Positions 1 to 10,108 of a DNA stretch of 40,512 nucleotides are shown here, one piece after another. The notes beneath the pieces are model-generated. The model had not been told where the DNA came from. It made no database searches and saw nothing but the letters and a program-made list of their open reading frames with translations. The DNA is taken from contig JBPOGF010000027.1 in the NCBI GenBank assembly GCA_051251915.1, positions 1-40,512 of the forward strand, read 5' to 3'. Positions within the stretch are counted from its first letter, which is position 1; each line of letters opens with the position of its first letter. This stretch comes from Akkermansiaceae bacterium. Lineage in GTDB: Bacteria; Verrucomicrobiota; Verrucomicrobiia; Verrucomicrobiales; Akkermansiaceae. Made by a program: the position numbers and the translations under genes.

Positions 1-75
1 GAGTGTCCTAATTATGAGGCAACGCTACAGAGTATTACTAAGAGCTTCGGTGTGCTCTATTTATGAGGCAACAGG
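1..75 (-). repeat. Left terminal copy of a 75-bp inverted repeat (probable IS/REP-type element end, truncated by the window edge)
   Basis: The reverse complement of 1-75 is identical to 40436-40510. It contains an imperfect 23-bp direct repeat (1-23 vs 50-72, 19/23 identical, core TTATGAGGCAAC). Confidence 0.9.
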
Positions 76-165
76 CCCGATGACAGCAAAAAAAACAAAA
101 TAAGCAAATTTTAATCGTCCATTTCTAATCTAATGGTTAGAGTGTATTCAAATATAGATAATCAC

Positions 166-2175
166 ATGCAAAATAACCCAGGAACCCCAAAACTTGTAGC
201 CGATGACGGCTGGCTCGCCCCTCAGACAGACCAGATCAACCATCGTATTCAGCGATTCGAGCATGAACTAAGTGAGATCAAACATCATCATGATTCACTC
301 TATAACTACGCCTCAAGACACCTAACGAACGGTATCCATTATCAACCAGATACCGATCAATGGCTCGTCCGAGAATGGGCACCAAATGCAAAAGGAATCC
401 AGATCATCGGCGCATTCAATGACTGGTCAGGTGAAAATCACGAACTTAAACCAATCGACAACGGCATCTGGGAAATTTCTCTCCCAGGATCAGCCCTAGC
501 GCACGAACAGCAAATCAAACTCCGCATCCACGGCGCAGATGATTCAGTGAGAGACCGCATCCCAGCATGCATCACCCGTGCCGTTCAAGACCCCACTACG
601 CACGACTTCACCGGCCAGATCTGGCAACCAAAAGAACCCTACCAGTGGAAACACCCAGACTTCTCAGCCGCCCACATCACCTCCCCGCTCATCTACGAAG
701 CCCACACCGGCATGTGCGGTGAGGAACCTCGCATCCACACCTATCGAGAATTCGCAGACGACGTCATCCCACACATCGCAGACGCAGGCTACAACATCAT
801 CCAGATGATGGCAGTCCAAGAGCACCCATACTACGGCTCATTCGGCTACCACGTATCTAACTTCTTCGCAGTCTGCTCCAGATTCGGAACACCAGAAGAT
901 TTAAAATACCTCATCGACACGGCACACGGTTACGGTATCGCCATTCTCCTAGACGTCGTCCACTCACACGCAGTGAAAAACCTCAGCGAGGGCCTCAATG
1001 AATTCGATGGCACAGACCACCAGTATTTCCACGGCGGCGACAGAGGAGACCAACCACAATGGGATTCAAAATGCTTCAACTACGGCAAAGATGAAGTCAG
1101 ACAATTCCTCCTCTCAAACACCCGCTTCTGGCTTGAAGAATTTAAATTCGACGGCTTCAGATTCGATGGTGTCACCTCCATGCTCTACGAACACCACGGC
1201 AGCATATCCTTCGATAACTACGCCAAATACTTCGACGACGCAGTAGATAAGGACGCCGTCCTCTACCTCCAACTCGCCACCGAACTCTGCCTAGAAATGA
1301 ACCCACACGCCATCATCATCGCAGAAGATATGAGCGGCATGCCTGGTCTCTGCCGCCCCGTTTCCGAAGGCGGCGTAGGCTTCACACACCGACTCAGCAT
1401 GGGTATCCCAGACTTCTGGATCAAGTTGCTCAAAGAGAAACGAGACGAAGAATGGAGTATCCCCGAGATATGGGACACCATGGTCAACCGCCGCCATGGA
1501 GAGAAAAACATCTGCTACGCAGAAAGCCATGACCAAGCACTCGTCGGAGATAAAACCATCGCCTTCCGCCTCATGGACAAGAACATGTACTGGCACATGG
1601 GCAAGGACGATAAAGACGACGTCATCGAACGCGGCATGGCACTTCACAAGATCATCCGCCTCCTCACATTTTCACTAGCTGGCGAAGGCTGGCTCAACTT
1701 CATGGGCAATGAATTCGGCCACCCAGAGTGGCTTGACTTCCCACGCATAGGAAATGACTGGTCATACCACTACTGCCGCCGTCAATGGTCACTCATGCGC
1801 AGCCCAGAACTCAAATACAAATATTTGGCTAAATTTGACAAAGACCTCGTCCATCTAGGCAAAAATCATGACCTCATGAACGCCGGCCAAGCACACCAAA
1901 TCTGGTCACATGACGACGACAAGATCCTCGCCTACAAACGCGGAAATCTCGTATTCGTAAACAACCTACACCCTAACCAATCACAACCAAACTACCGCAT
2001 CCCAGTACACGATGCAGGAAAATACAAAATTGTCCTCAACTCAGACCACTCAGAATACGGCGGACATGACCGAGTTTCCATGGACACAGAGCATTTTACT
2101 GAAAATAGCTACGACGAAGACGTACTCCACCTCTACATCCCATGTAGAACTTCGCTAGTTTTAGAAAAAATATGA
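166..2175 (+). CDS. glgB: 1,4-alpha-glucan branching enzyme (GH13_8, eukaryote/Bacteroidetes-like type)
   Basis: CBM48 (REWAPNA...GAFNDW) and motifs YEAHTGM, DVVHSH, FDGFRFDGVTSM, IAED, YAESHDQALVGDKT, NFMGNEFGHPEWLDFPR. The ORF opens at 133; ATG 166 is the more likely start. Confidence 0.93.
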   Translation: MQNNPGTPKLVADDGWLAPQTDQINHRIQRFEHELSEIKHHHDSLYNYASRHLTNGIHYQPDTDQWLVREWAPNAKGIQIIGAFNDWSGENHELKPIDNGIWEISLPGSALAHEQQIKLRIHGADDSVRDRIPACITRAVQDPTTHDFTGQIWQPKEPYQWKHPDFSAAHITSPLIYEAHTGMCGEEPRIHTYREFADDVIPHIADAGYNIIQMMAVQEHPYYGSFGYHVSNFFAVCSRFGTPEDLKYLIDTAHGYGIAILLDVVHSHAVKNLSEGLNEFDGTDHQYFHGGDRGDQPQWDSKCFNYGKDEVRQFLLSNTRFWLEEFKFDGFRFDGVTSMLYEHHGSISFDNYAKYFDDAVDKDAVLYLQLATELCLEMNPHAIIIAEDMSGMPGLCRPVSEGGVGFTHRLSMGIPDFWIKLLKEKRDEEWSIPEIWDTMVNRRHGEKNICYAESHDQALVGDKTIAFRLMDKNMYWHMGKDDKDDVIERGMALHKIIRLLTFSLAGEGWLNFMGNEFGHPEWLDFPRIGNDWSYHYCRRQWSLMRSPELKYKYLAKFDKDLVHLGKNHDLMNAGQAHQIWSHDDDKILAYKRGNLVFVNNLHPNQSQPNYRIPVHDAGKYKIVLNSDHSEYGGHDRVSMDTEHFTENSYDEDVLHLYIPCRTSLVLEKI

Positions 2176-2209
2176 TCACTTTTCTCATTTCATTACGTTA
2201 TTAAACCAT

Positions 2210-3487
2210 ATGAAAATGAAATCTAGATTCCTACTCCTTGCCACCACACTGACCTGTGGTGGTATTTTGTCGTCATGCAAATCAGCATCAGAGGAAGGGG
2301 AAGCTGTTTCAGACAACACAACGAAACCAGCCACGCCCCAAGTCATCACCTTTACCCAAGGTGAAGCTCAACACGCAGTCCAAGAAAACTTCAGAAAAAA
2401 AGCTTCCGCCATCAAGGAAACCAGCGCGGAAGAGATGAAAAATAAGGTCATCACCTACAAGGAATACAAAATGCCCTATGATTTCATCACCTACGGCGAA
2501 GAACCAGAAGGTGGCCACAGCCTCTTCATCTCACTCCACGGCGGAGGTGGCGCACCCGCAGCAGTCAATGACAGGCAATGGAAAAACCAAGTCAAACTCT
2601 ACAAACCAAAAGAAGGAATCTACCTCGCCCCAAGAGCACCTACTGACACCTGGAACCTCTGGCATCAGGACCACATCGACCCCATGCTATCCATCATGAT
2701 TGATCGCTTCGTAGCCCACCACGGCGTCAACCCCAATAGAGTCTACATCCTCGGATACTCCGCCGGAGGCGATGGCGTTTACCGCCTAGCACCACGCATG
2801 GCAGACCGCTGGGCAGGTGCTTCCATGATGGCTGGTCATCCAGGAGGCGTAAAAGCCCACAACCTCATCAACCTCCCCTATTTCCTCCAGTGCGGTGGAA
2901 AAGACTCTGCCTATAACAGAAACGAACTTTGCTCCAAATGGGGCAAAATGTTAGATACACTCGCTGAAGAAAACCCTGGTCACTACCCACACAAATGGAT
3001 CGTCTACCCAGAATACGGTCACTGGATGAAACTAGAATGCAAGCAAGCCCTCCCATGGATGGCAAAGCACACACGTAACCCATGGCCAAAAAAAATCAAT
3101 TGGCATCAAACCAAGGTTTTACACAACAGATTTGCATGGCTCAAAAACGACGCCCCAAAACCAGGCGATCTCGTCACCGCAGAAGTCACCGGCCAGACCA
3201 TCACCCTCACCACCGAGAACATAGAAAAACTTACCCTCAGACTCAACGACAAGCTCTTGAATCTAGATAAAAGAATCATCGTTAAGGATAGCAACGGTAA
3301 TGAACTATTCAAAGGTAGAGTGGAACGATCAACTGACGTCATAAAGCAATCAATAAACGAACGCCTAGACCCCTCAGACGTAGCAACAGCAGAGCTAGAG
3401 GTAAGTTTTCTACCAACCCCTGAGGAAGCCCCAGAAGAAAACAAAGAGCCTGAATCTAAAGAACAGCCAGCACCTGTCTCTGGTTAA
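2210..3487 (+). CDS. Lipoprotein alpha/beta hydrolase (esterase/peptidase/PHB-depolymerase-like)
   Basis: Lipobox ILSSC, SLHGGGG oxyanion region, nucleophile GYSAG, GGKD acid and YGHW histidine. Confidence 0.75.
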   Translation: MKMKSRFLLLATTLTCGGILSSCKSASEEGEAVSDNTTKPATPQVITFTQGEAQHAVQENFRKKASAIKETSAEEMKNKVITYKEYKMPYDFITYGEEPEGGHSLFISLHGGGGAPAAVNDRQWKNQVKLYKPKEGIYLAPRAPTDTWNLWHQDHIDPMLSIMIDRFVAHHGVNPNRVYILGYSAGGDGVYRLAPRMADRWAGASMMAGHPGGVKAHNLINLPYFLQCGGKDSAYNRNELCSKWGKMLDTLAEENPGHYPHKWIVYPEYGHWMKLECKQALPWMAKHTRNPWPKKINWHQTKVLHNRFAWLKNDAPKPGDLVTAEVTGQTITLTTENIEKLTLRLNDKLLNLDKRIIVKDSNGNELFKGRVERSTDVIKQSINERLDPSDVATAELEVSFLPTPEEAPEENKEPESKEQPAPVSG

Positions 3488-5232
3488 AGTTCATTCACAA
3501 GAATCGTCCTCACCCTCAAATGAACTTTCTCCCCCGTAGCTTTTTCTATCGCCCGCTTTAACTTCTTAACCACATTGCTTTCCACTGGTTGGGCAGACTC
3601 AAGCGTCAGTTCTATCAATGGCAAACCATCCAGATGGCTAGAGCGTTGCACCCGCTTGACCACTATCTCATATTGCTCAGCCTCCGCGGTAAGAACCTGC
3701 TCCACTTCCACTGGCCCAGCAATGCGTTCGATCAACACCGAGGTCAACGGCACGATCAACCCCGCCATCACTAACGTAAACGCAATCAGAAATCTACGCG
3801 ACCACAACCCTCCATTCGCCTTAGTTCGTCCTCGTATCCCAGCTAGATAGAAATTAAACGCAGCGCCCACCACAATGGCGACCACGTTAGTCCCAAACAA
3901 TAACGCTGCACCCTGAGCTACAGAAAATTTCCCTAGCACCAAACATATCCCCGTAGTCGCTATCGGTGGAACTAATGCCGCAGCAATAGCAACCCCCGCC
4001 AAAGCGCTACTCAGCTTAGGCCGTGCCAAACAATAACTCGCAGCCACACCAGAGAAAAACGCAATCCCTAGATCAAGCGTGCTCGGCTCTCCACGCATCG
4101 CCAACTGAGCAGTCATCGGCATATCCAGCAATCTAGCCACTAAACCCATCAACGCACCAATAGCCAAAGCACTAAAAAAGCCTAACAAAACAGCCTTCTG
4201 ACAACGTTTCCAAAGTGGCCAGTTTCCCTGCACCAGCGATAGCCCACCACCCAAAAGCGGAGTCATAAGCGGAGCTACAAGCATAGCACCTATCACCACT
4301 GCCCCACTATTAGAAAGTAACCCCAATGACGCTATCATCGTAGCAAGCATCATCAATGCTGCAAAATCAAATGACCATCGAGACTTCTCCTCCACCTCGT
4401 CAAACAAATGCACGCGCTCGTCACGATTCAACTGAGGTACATTAAGGTGAAGCAATCTCTCCACTTTATCACGGAAAATACTGCCCATCGGAATCGCAGA
4501 CCTAAGCACACAAATGCTCAACCCCTTCTCCCCTCGCATCAATTTATCCGGCACAGTGCCGAAAAGCTTCCGTCTAACAGAACTATGCCCAGACGCGCCA
4601 ATCAAAATCAATCCATAAGCATTCCTCTGAACCTCATTTCGAATACCCTCAAAAACATCGTTATCTAACACCACCTCACAGTGAACCCCATCAGCAGGTA
4701 TCCCCGCACGCTTAATATAGCGATCAAGATGCGCCATACCAACAGATTCTGAAACTTCATCCACATCAGGCTCTACATAAAATGCAGTAGCATCCTGCCC
4801 CTCCATCTCATGCGCCAACTGCAGCGCAACTCTTGAATGCCGCCCACCTCCACAAGGAACCAAGATCTTCTCCTCACTACTATCACCCTCACCCAACCTC
4901 ACAATCATCACCTCACAGATGACCTCATTAATAGCCTGATTAAGAACCTTTGTATACTGCTCAGGATTATCCTGCGCATCATTGAGCATCAGCATCTCAG
5001 GCTTAATCCCCCCCACCAGATCCTTAATCGTGCGAAATGGATTGGTAGTAGCGAGTGCCGTTGACTTAATAGTTTCATCCCCCCATTCCAACTTCGTAAC
5101 ATCTGGCAATGAAGACCCTGGCACCAAACTCACCACATACAAATCCTTACCTTTAGCCGCCGCAAACCTTACCCCTAGATCCACCAAACGGTCACGATAG
5201 AAGTCCTCTCTGATTATTAGCAACACACTCAT
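3484..5232 (-). CDS. Universal-stress-domain + DUF389 membrane protein
   Basis: N-terminal USP-like domains (KILVPCGGGRHS, LILIGAS...LFGTVPDKL) and DUF389 motifs NSGAVVIGAMLVAPLM and LAGVAIAAALVPP. Confidence 0.85.
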   Translation of the reverse strand: MSVLLIIREDFYRDRLVDLGVRFAAAKGKDLYVVSLVPGSSLPDVTKLEWGDETIKSTALATTNPFRTIKDLVGGIKPEMLMLNDAQDNPEQYTKVLNQAINEVICEVMIVRLGEGDSSEEKILVPCGGGRHSRVALQLAHEMEGQDATAFYVEPDVDEVSESVGMAHLDRYIKRAGIPADGVHCEVVLDNDVFEGIRNEVQRNAYGLILIGASGHSSVRRKLFGTVPDKLMRGEKGLSICVLRSAIPMGSIFRDKVERLLHLNVPQLNRDERVHLFDEVEEKSRWSFDFAALMMLATMIASLGLLSNSGAVVIGAMLVAPLMTPLLGGGLSLVQGNWPLWKRCQKAVLLGFFSALAIGALMGLVARLLDMPMTAQLAMRGEPSTLDLGIAFFSGVAASYCLARPKLSSALAGVAIAAALVPPIATTGICLVLGKFSVAQGAALLFGTNVVAIVVGAAFNFYLAGIRGRTKANGGLWSRRFLIAFTLVMAGLIVPLTSVLIERIAGPVEVEQVLTAEAEQYEIVVKRVQRSSHLDGLPLIELTLESAQPVESNVVKKLKRAIEKATGEKVHLRVRTILVNEL

Positions 5233-5238
5233 TAAATT

Positions 5239-7041
5239 TTATCCTTTAAATTTTTTCTCAAGCTCCTTGATTGATATCTGAATCAACGTGGGCCTTCCGT
5301 CTGGCGTGCAATACGGCAAGTCACAGCCAAACATCTCATCTAACAGACTCTCAACACTTCGTAAATCACAGGTCTCATATTTTGAAATCCTATTCGCAAG
5401 TGTCTCAGCAAATGCCTCAAATGCCATCTGCTTCCCACGCCTCCCCCCCTGAGTCTCTATCAATTCATCAATCATCGCCGTGATAAATTCTCGCGGCTTC
5501 TCAACATCCACCAACGACGGCAAACTACGCACCTGAATAGAACCACCACCAAACGGCTCAATAGAGATCCCCGCTTCACTAAAATTCTCCAAGTTACTCA
5601 TCACCACATCCAGATCACGAGAATCAAGGTCAATCACCTCAGGAACCAACAACCCCTGACTAAGAACCCCATCACTCTTCTTAGCCATAAGCATCACCTT
5701 CTCATATGCTATCCTATCCCGAGCGGCCTTTGGCTCCAATAAAACCAATCCATCATCTCCCTCCATCAAAATATAAGTATCATGTAACGCCGATAATATT
5801 TTAAACCGAGGACGCTCCACCTCCTCAATCTCTAACACCTCCTGTTGTGGAATAGGCGCTGGGAAGGATGGACTCGGATCCGGAGTATAAGCCGGCTTAA
5901 CAGGTACATCCTCTCTACTTTTTTCCACCACTTTCTCCTGAGCAACCTCTACAGAATCATCAACAATCGGCCTTCTAACAACCGGAGAAACCTCACCACT
6001 CTTCCGTGAAATAATCTTCGCCTCACCACGTGCTACCTGAGAAATCTTAGCCTGCGGAACCCTCCGTGCTTCCACCGCAGTGAGCACCAGGTTTCTCACA
6101 TCATAAGGCTTATGAAACCTTACCTCTTTCTTAGCAGGATGAACATTCACATCCACCAGCGCGGGATCCATACTGATCCACAACCAAGCAGTCGGATTCA
6201 ACCCATCTACCACTCCCCCCTTAAAGCCATCCTTTATCGCCCGGCTTATCGCAGCATCCTCCACCGGCCTACCATTCAGAAATACAAACTGCTGACGTCT
6301 CCCCTTGCGCGCATAATCTGCCGGCAGCACATATCCTAACACCTCCATCCCACTAACCTCAGTATGCGGCACCTCGATCAATGCCCTACCAATCTCAGCT
6401 CCAGCAAGCCCCGCAATCCGCGTCCTTCTATCACTCGTAGCAGGAACATCAAACACCACCCTACCATCCTTCTTAAACGTAAACCTTACCTCTGGATAAG
6501 CCAATGCGTGCAGCTTCACCTGATGCTCCACATGTGCCGACTCCGTACTCTCTGTCCGCATAAATTTCCGTCTCGCAGGCACATTAAAAAATAAATTCTT
6601 TATCTCAAACACCGTCCCATGCTGCATCCCCGTTACGCGAACATCTTTCACAATTCCTCCATCAACTGTAATCTCTGAGCCCTCCACACTCTCCACCTCG
6701 CGCGTCATGATCCGCATCTTAGAAACACTCGCCACACTCGGCACCGCCTCCCCCCTAAATCCCATCGTAGAAATAGCGGCCAACTGCTTCACATCCTTAA
6801 GCTTACTCGTAGCATGACGCTCCAAACACATCAGTGCGTCTTCCTTATTCATTCCACAGCCATCATCCGTGATCTTAATCATCGAGCCCCCCCCCTTATG
6901 AATCTCCACTTCTACATGCTTAGCATCCGCATCAATCGAATTCTCTACCATTTCCTTCACCACACTCGCCGGACGCTCCACAACCTCACCAGCCGCTACT
7001 TGACTGGCTAGAACATCTGATAGTATCTGGATTTTTGACAT
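5239..7041 (-). CDS. mutL: DNA mismatch repair protein MutL
   Basis: AAGEVVERPASVVKEMVENSIDA, HATSK, GFRGEA, LFFNVPARRKF, VDVNVHPAKKEVRF and a C-terminal MutL_C domain. Confidence 0.97.
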   Translation of the reverse strand: MSKIQILSDVLASQVAAGEVVERPASVVKEMVENSIDADAKHVEVEIHKGGGSMIKITDDGCGMNKEDALMCLERHATSKLKDVKQLAAISTMGFRGEAVPSVASVSKMRIMTREVESVEGSEITVDGGIVKDVRVTGMQHGTVFEIKNLFFNVPARRKFMRTESTESAHVEHQVKLHALAYPEVRFTFKKDGRVVFDVPATSDRRTRIAGLAGAEIGRALIEVPHTEVSGMEVLGYVLPADYARKGRRQQFVFLNGRPVEDAAISRAIKDGFKGGVVDGLNPTAWLWISMDPALVDVNVHPAKKEVRFHKPYDVRNLVLTAVEARRVPQAKISQVARGEAKIISRKSGEVSPVVRRPIVDDSVEVAQEKVVEKSREDVPVKPAYTPDPSPSFPAPIPQQEVLEIEEVERPRFKILSALHDTYILMEGDDGLVLLEPKAARDRIAYEKVMLMAKKSDGVLSQGLLVPEVIDLDSRDLDVVMSNLENFSEAGISIEPFGGGSIQVRSLPSLVDVEKPREFITAMIDELIETQGGRRGKQMAFEAFAETLANRISKYETCDLRSVESLLDEMFGCDLPYCTPDGRPTLIQISIKELEKKFKG

Positions 7042-7049
7042 CTCAGTGA

Positions 7050-7078
7050 TTTATAAAGGCTAGCTATCCAGAGGTCAA
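7050..7078 (-). promoter_or_regulatory. sigma70-like promoter of mutL (TTGACC-17-TATAAA), 8 nt before the ATG
   Basis: Minus strand reads TTGACC TCTGGATAGCTAGCCTT TATAAA TCACTGAG ATG. Confidence 0.55.
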
Positions 7079-7114
7079 CTAGGGGCTGAAATAATGAAGC
7101 TTTTTATCGCCATC

Positions 7115-8623
7115 TTACTGCCTATTCACCTGCTCCAGATCTACCGGAAGCGTGTAGCGTTTACCATTTCTGATGATATAGATCTGAGTCATCGTCGTAG
7201 ACGCAGTGGTCAGAACCACTTGATAGAAATGATTCACGTGATAGATCGGCGTGTTGTTAATCTTGTAAATGATATCACCAGGCAGGATCTTACCAGCCGC
7301 CAGACTATTAGGTAAAACATGCCTAACACCTACTCCATTGACAGATGAAGGACCCAGATTGATAGGCTGAATCCCTATTGCATTAAGAATACTCTTAGCT
7401 TGCTCAATTGTAAGATTTGGTGCCGGCTCATTTGAGATACCCACATCAGCTTGTGAGATTTTCGCACTCAAAGTTTCAAGCTTCTTCTCCCTCCAAACCA
7501 CTATTTCTACATCCTTCCCTATGCTTGACTTCTGAATCAAAGACATAAGGTCAGCCCCTCCCCTAATTGGAGTTTCATCATACTCTACAATAATATCCTC
7601 CTCCTTTATACCCGCCTTATCTGCAGGTGAGTCCTCCGCAACCTCGTGCACCAAAGCCCCTCCTTCTTCCTCATAGCTGTAGTGCTCACGAACCTGTGGT
7701 GATTCTATATCATCAGCATAAAGCCCTAAATACCCGCGCATCGGACGCTGGTATTCCAGCAAATCCATAAAGGTCTTTTTAACAATGTTTGACGGAATCG
7801 CAAAACTGATCCCCTGAAAACTAGGGTTCTCTTTATCGCTCGAAAAAATAGATGAATTAATCCCCACAATCTCACCCAGAACATTAACCAACGGCCCACC
7901 AGAGTTCCCCGGATTAATCGCCACATTCGTCTGAAAAAGTGATGGCTGTCGATCAGATCTAGAACTTCGTCTTGCCGAAACAATCCCATTAGTAACCGAC
8001 CTGCCAATGCCAAATGGATTACCAAACCCCAGCACTATATGCCCCTCACGCACCTTATCCGAGTTACCAAATTTCAACGCCTTTAACTTCACCTCAGACT
8101 CTATTTTTAATAATGCAATATCAGTCGATGGATCAAAAGCGATGAGCTTTGCTTGGTATTTATCTTCATTAGCCAAGGTAATGATAATTTCCTGTTTATC
8201 CGCTATAACGTGATGATTCGTGATGATATGCCCTTCCTCTGAGACGATCACTCCGGATCCCTGACCTTTCACGTTTTCAGGCAGATATCCCGTGCGACCA
8301 TACCGATCAGTAATACGAGTCTCCTTTGTCCCTGAGGTATCCACATTCACCACTGATGGACGTACCGCATAGGCTATTTTAGCATACTCCACACTCATTT
8401 CTGTTAGATTCGGCACCGCAGACATAGGAACTGGTGGTGTCTCCGGAAGTGTGACCGGTATATCCGGATGCTTACCCGCATTATTATCGGTGGCCGGTGG
8501 ATTTCGCTTTAGAAAATCAAATAGCCCTGGCTGACCAGACATTTTTCTAACTCCTATCGTGAGCAGCAGTGCGCTTGAAAGGACAATGATGAGAACAATG
8601 AATCTGCGGTAGCTATCTTGCAT
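7115..8623 (-). CDS. HtrA/DegP-family serine protease with two PDZ domains
   Basis: N-terminal TM anchor, catalytic TNHHV / TDIALL / INPGNSGGPL, and two C-terminal PDZ-like domains. Confidence 0.92.
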   Translation of the reverse strand: MQDSYRRFIVLIIVLSSALLLTIGVRKMSGQPGLFDFLKRNPPATDNNAGKHPDIPVTLPETPPVPMSAVPNLTEMSVEYAKIAYAVRPSVVNVDTSGTKETRITDRYGRTGYLPENVKGQGSGVIVSEEGHIITNHHVIADKQEIIITLANEDKYQAKLIAFDPSTDIALLKIESEVKLKALKFGNSDKVREGHIVLGFGNPFGIGRSVTNGIVSARRSSRSDRQPSLFQTNVAINPGNSGGPLVNVLGEIVGINSSIFSSDKENPSFQGISFAIPSNIVKKTFMDLLEYQRPMRGYLGLYADDIESPQVREHYSYEEEGGALVHEVAEDSPADKAGIKEEDIIVEYDETPIRGGADLMSLIQKSSIGKDVEIVVWREKKLETLSAKISQADVGISNEPAPNLTIEQAKSILNAIGIQPINLGPSSVNGVGVRHVLPNSLAAGKILPGDIIYKINNTPIYHVNHFYQVVLTTASTTMTQIYIIRNGKRYTLPVDLEQVNRQ

Positions 8624-8651
8624 ATTGAAATTTTAAGTTCAGTAGTTTTTT

Positions 8652-9209
8652 TTACCAGTCAACGGCAACTTCAGCCTTCTCTCCACCCTTATCGTCATAA
8701 TGAATCAAACCATTCTTAATGCCATATTCATGCACACATTTGGTGACTTTCACATCATAGCAACAATATTCAGCTATCTTCATCATGAACGACTCATCCT
8801 TGGTTTTCTGGAATTGATTCCACCACCTCAACGCATCGAGCCCATCAGCAGTCTTTCCCGTGCCGAGTGAAGACGTAGCGATAGAGTCCAGTTTAAGTCG
8901 AAAATCCAACCTCTCTTGTAGATCTAACATCATATCCAGATTAATGGTCTGGCTCGCAAGATCATAGATTGTATAGGCCTGAAGAACCGGGTAATCGAAC
9001 TGGATATGATTATATCCCACTACCAGATCAGCACTTATGAGCTGATTCACCAGATCATCTACATGTTCTTCATCGTAGACATGATATTTGCCCGTCTTCG
9101 TAGAGTAAGTTACACCCACTGACATACCCATTTTATCCTTATGTTTACTGCCTCCCACTGCGGAGAAGCTCTTTTTGGTTTCGAGGTCAAAGTAAACGAT
9201 GTCTTTCAT
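8652..9209 (-). CDS. RNase H-like 3'-5' exonuclease (RNase_H_2/YprB-like, DEDDy)
   Basis: YFDLET, VGYNHIQFDYPVL, LKLDSIA, EYCCYDV. Confidence 0.8.
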   Translation of the reverse strand: MKDIVYFDLETKKSFSAVGGSKHKDKMGMSVGVTYSTKTGKYHVYDEEHVDDLVNQLISADLVVGYNHIQFDYPVLQAYTIYDLASQTINLDMMLDLQERLDFRLKLDSIATSSLGTGKTADGLDALRWWNQFQKTKDESFMMKIAEYCCYDVKVTKCVHEYGIKNGLIHYDDKGGEKAEVAVDW

Positions 9210-9254
9210 GGTGATAGTATATTGAAATTTAACTGGAAGCGTGTGAAGGAAATA

Positions 9255-10106
9255 CTAAATGTTATTCCATCTTTTGTAATTTTCCATGGTCGGTAAGAAC
9301 TCAGGAGGAATCATATAATTCATGATAGAACCAGCAGCCATCATCAAACAAATCACTCCTACCATTTTAAGTGGCGTCAATGGCTTACATTCGGTGATGT
9401 TGTTTTTAGGGATATCCCACAAGAACTTCCCATACTTAGATGCAATAAACCAAGAAAATGGTAACCCAATAAGCACAAAGGGAGTCTGCATAGCAAAACC
9501 CATTACCCATACCCGTAGAGATCTGATGATCGAACTAGAGATTTCCAACTTATGCCCATCATATCTTCTAAGCTTAATATTCAGCAACCATTTCCCAGGT
9601 GTGGTGCCAATATAAGAAAGAGCTAAACCATCTAAAATCAGATAAGGAACCTGGAAGATAAGTTCTTTTGCCACACTCTCCACAACCAGCGGATTAATCC
9701 CCATCTGCACCTTCACAATGTAAAGCAAGACCGTGTAAAGCGAGATATCTATCATCCGCGCAAAAAATCGCCTCACCGGATGAAGTGGTTCATTCTTAAA
9801 CCCAGCTGAATCTGGCTGAGCTAATGGCAGAGGCAATGGCTTCTGTTCAGTATTTTCTAGCTCCTTTTCCAGAGATTCTATCAACTCAGAGGTAAGCTTT
9901 TCTTCCTCAGCTAGACCATCTATTGAGTTTGATTTATTAAAGTAATAAGAATACGCAGGAACCTCCCCAAGCGTAACCCAGCCATCGGCGCCTTCATACC
10001 ATGCTGGCGTACCAGCTTGGAGCTCATCGTTAGAGATCCTATCACGGATGGTGTAAATTTCATGCGGGCCAGTGCGCTCGCCATTTTCTAATAACCAGAT
10101 TTTCAT
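9255..10106 (-). CDS. RDD family membrane protein with N-terminal GYF_2 (DUF4339) domain
   Basis: N-terminal NGERTGP...AWYEGADGWV (GYF_2-like); RRFFARMID, GTTPGKWLL and LWD (RDD). Confidence 0.85.
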   Translation of the reverse strand: MKIWLLENGERTGPHEIYTIRDRISNDELQAGTPAWYEGADGWVTLGEVPAYSYYFNKSNSIDGLAEEEKLTSELIESLEKELENTEQKPLPLPLAQPDSAGFKNEPLHPVRRFFARMIDISLYTVLLYIVKVQMGINPLVVESVAKELIFQVPYLILDGLALSYIGTTPGKWLLNIKLRRYDGHKLEISSSIIRSLRVWVMGFAMQTPFVLIGLPFSWFIASKYGKFLWDIPKNNITECKPLTPLKMVGVICLMMAAGSIMNYMIPPEFLPTMENYKRWNNI

Positions 10107-10108
10107 AC

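Noticed and set aside
1..75. CRISPR array (23-bp repeat, 26-bp spacer) at the window ends
   Set aside because: Only two imperfect copies, the same 'spacer' at both ends, and no cas genes.
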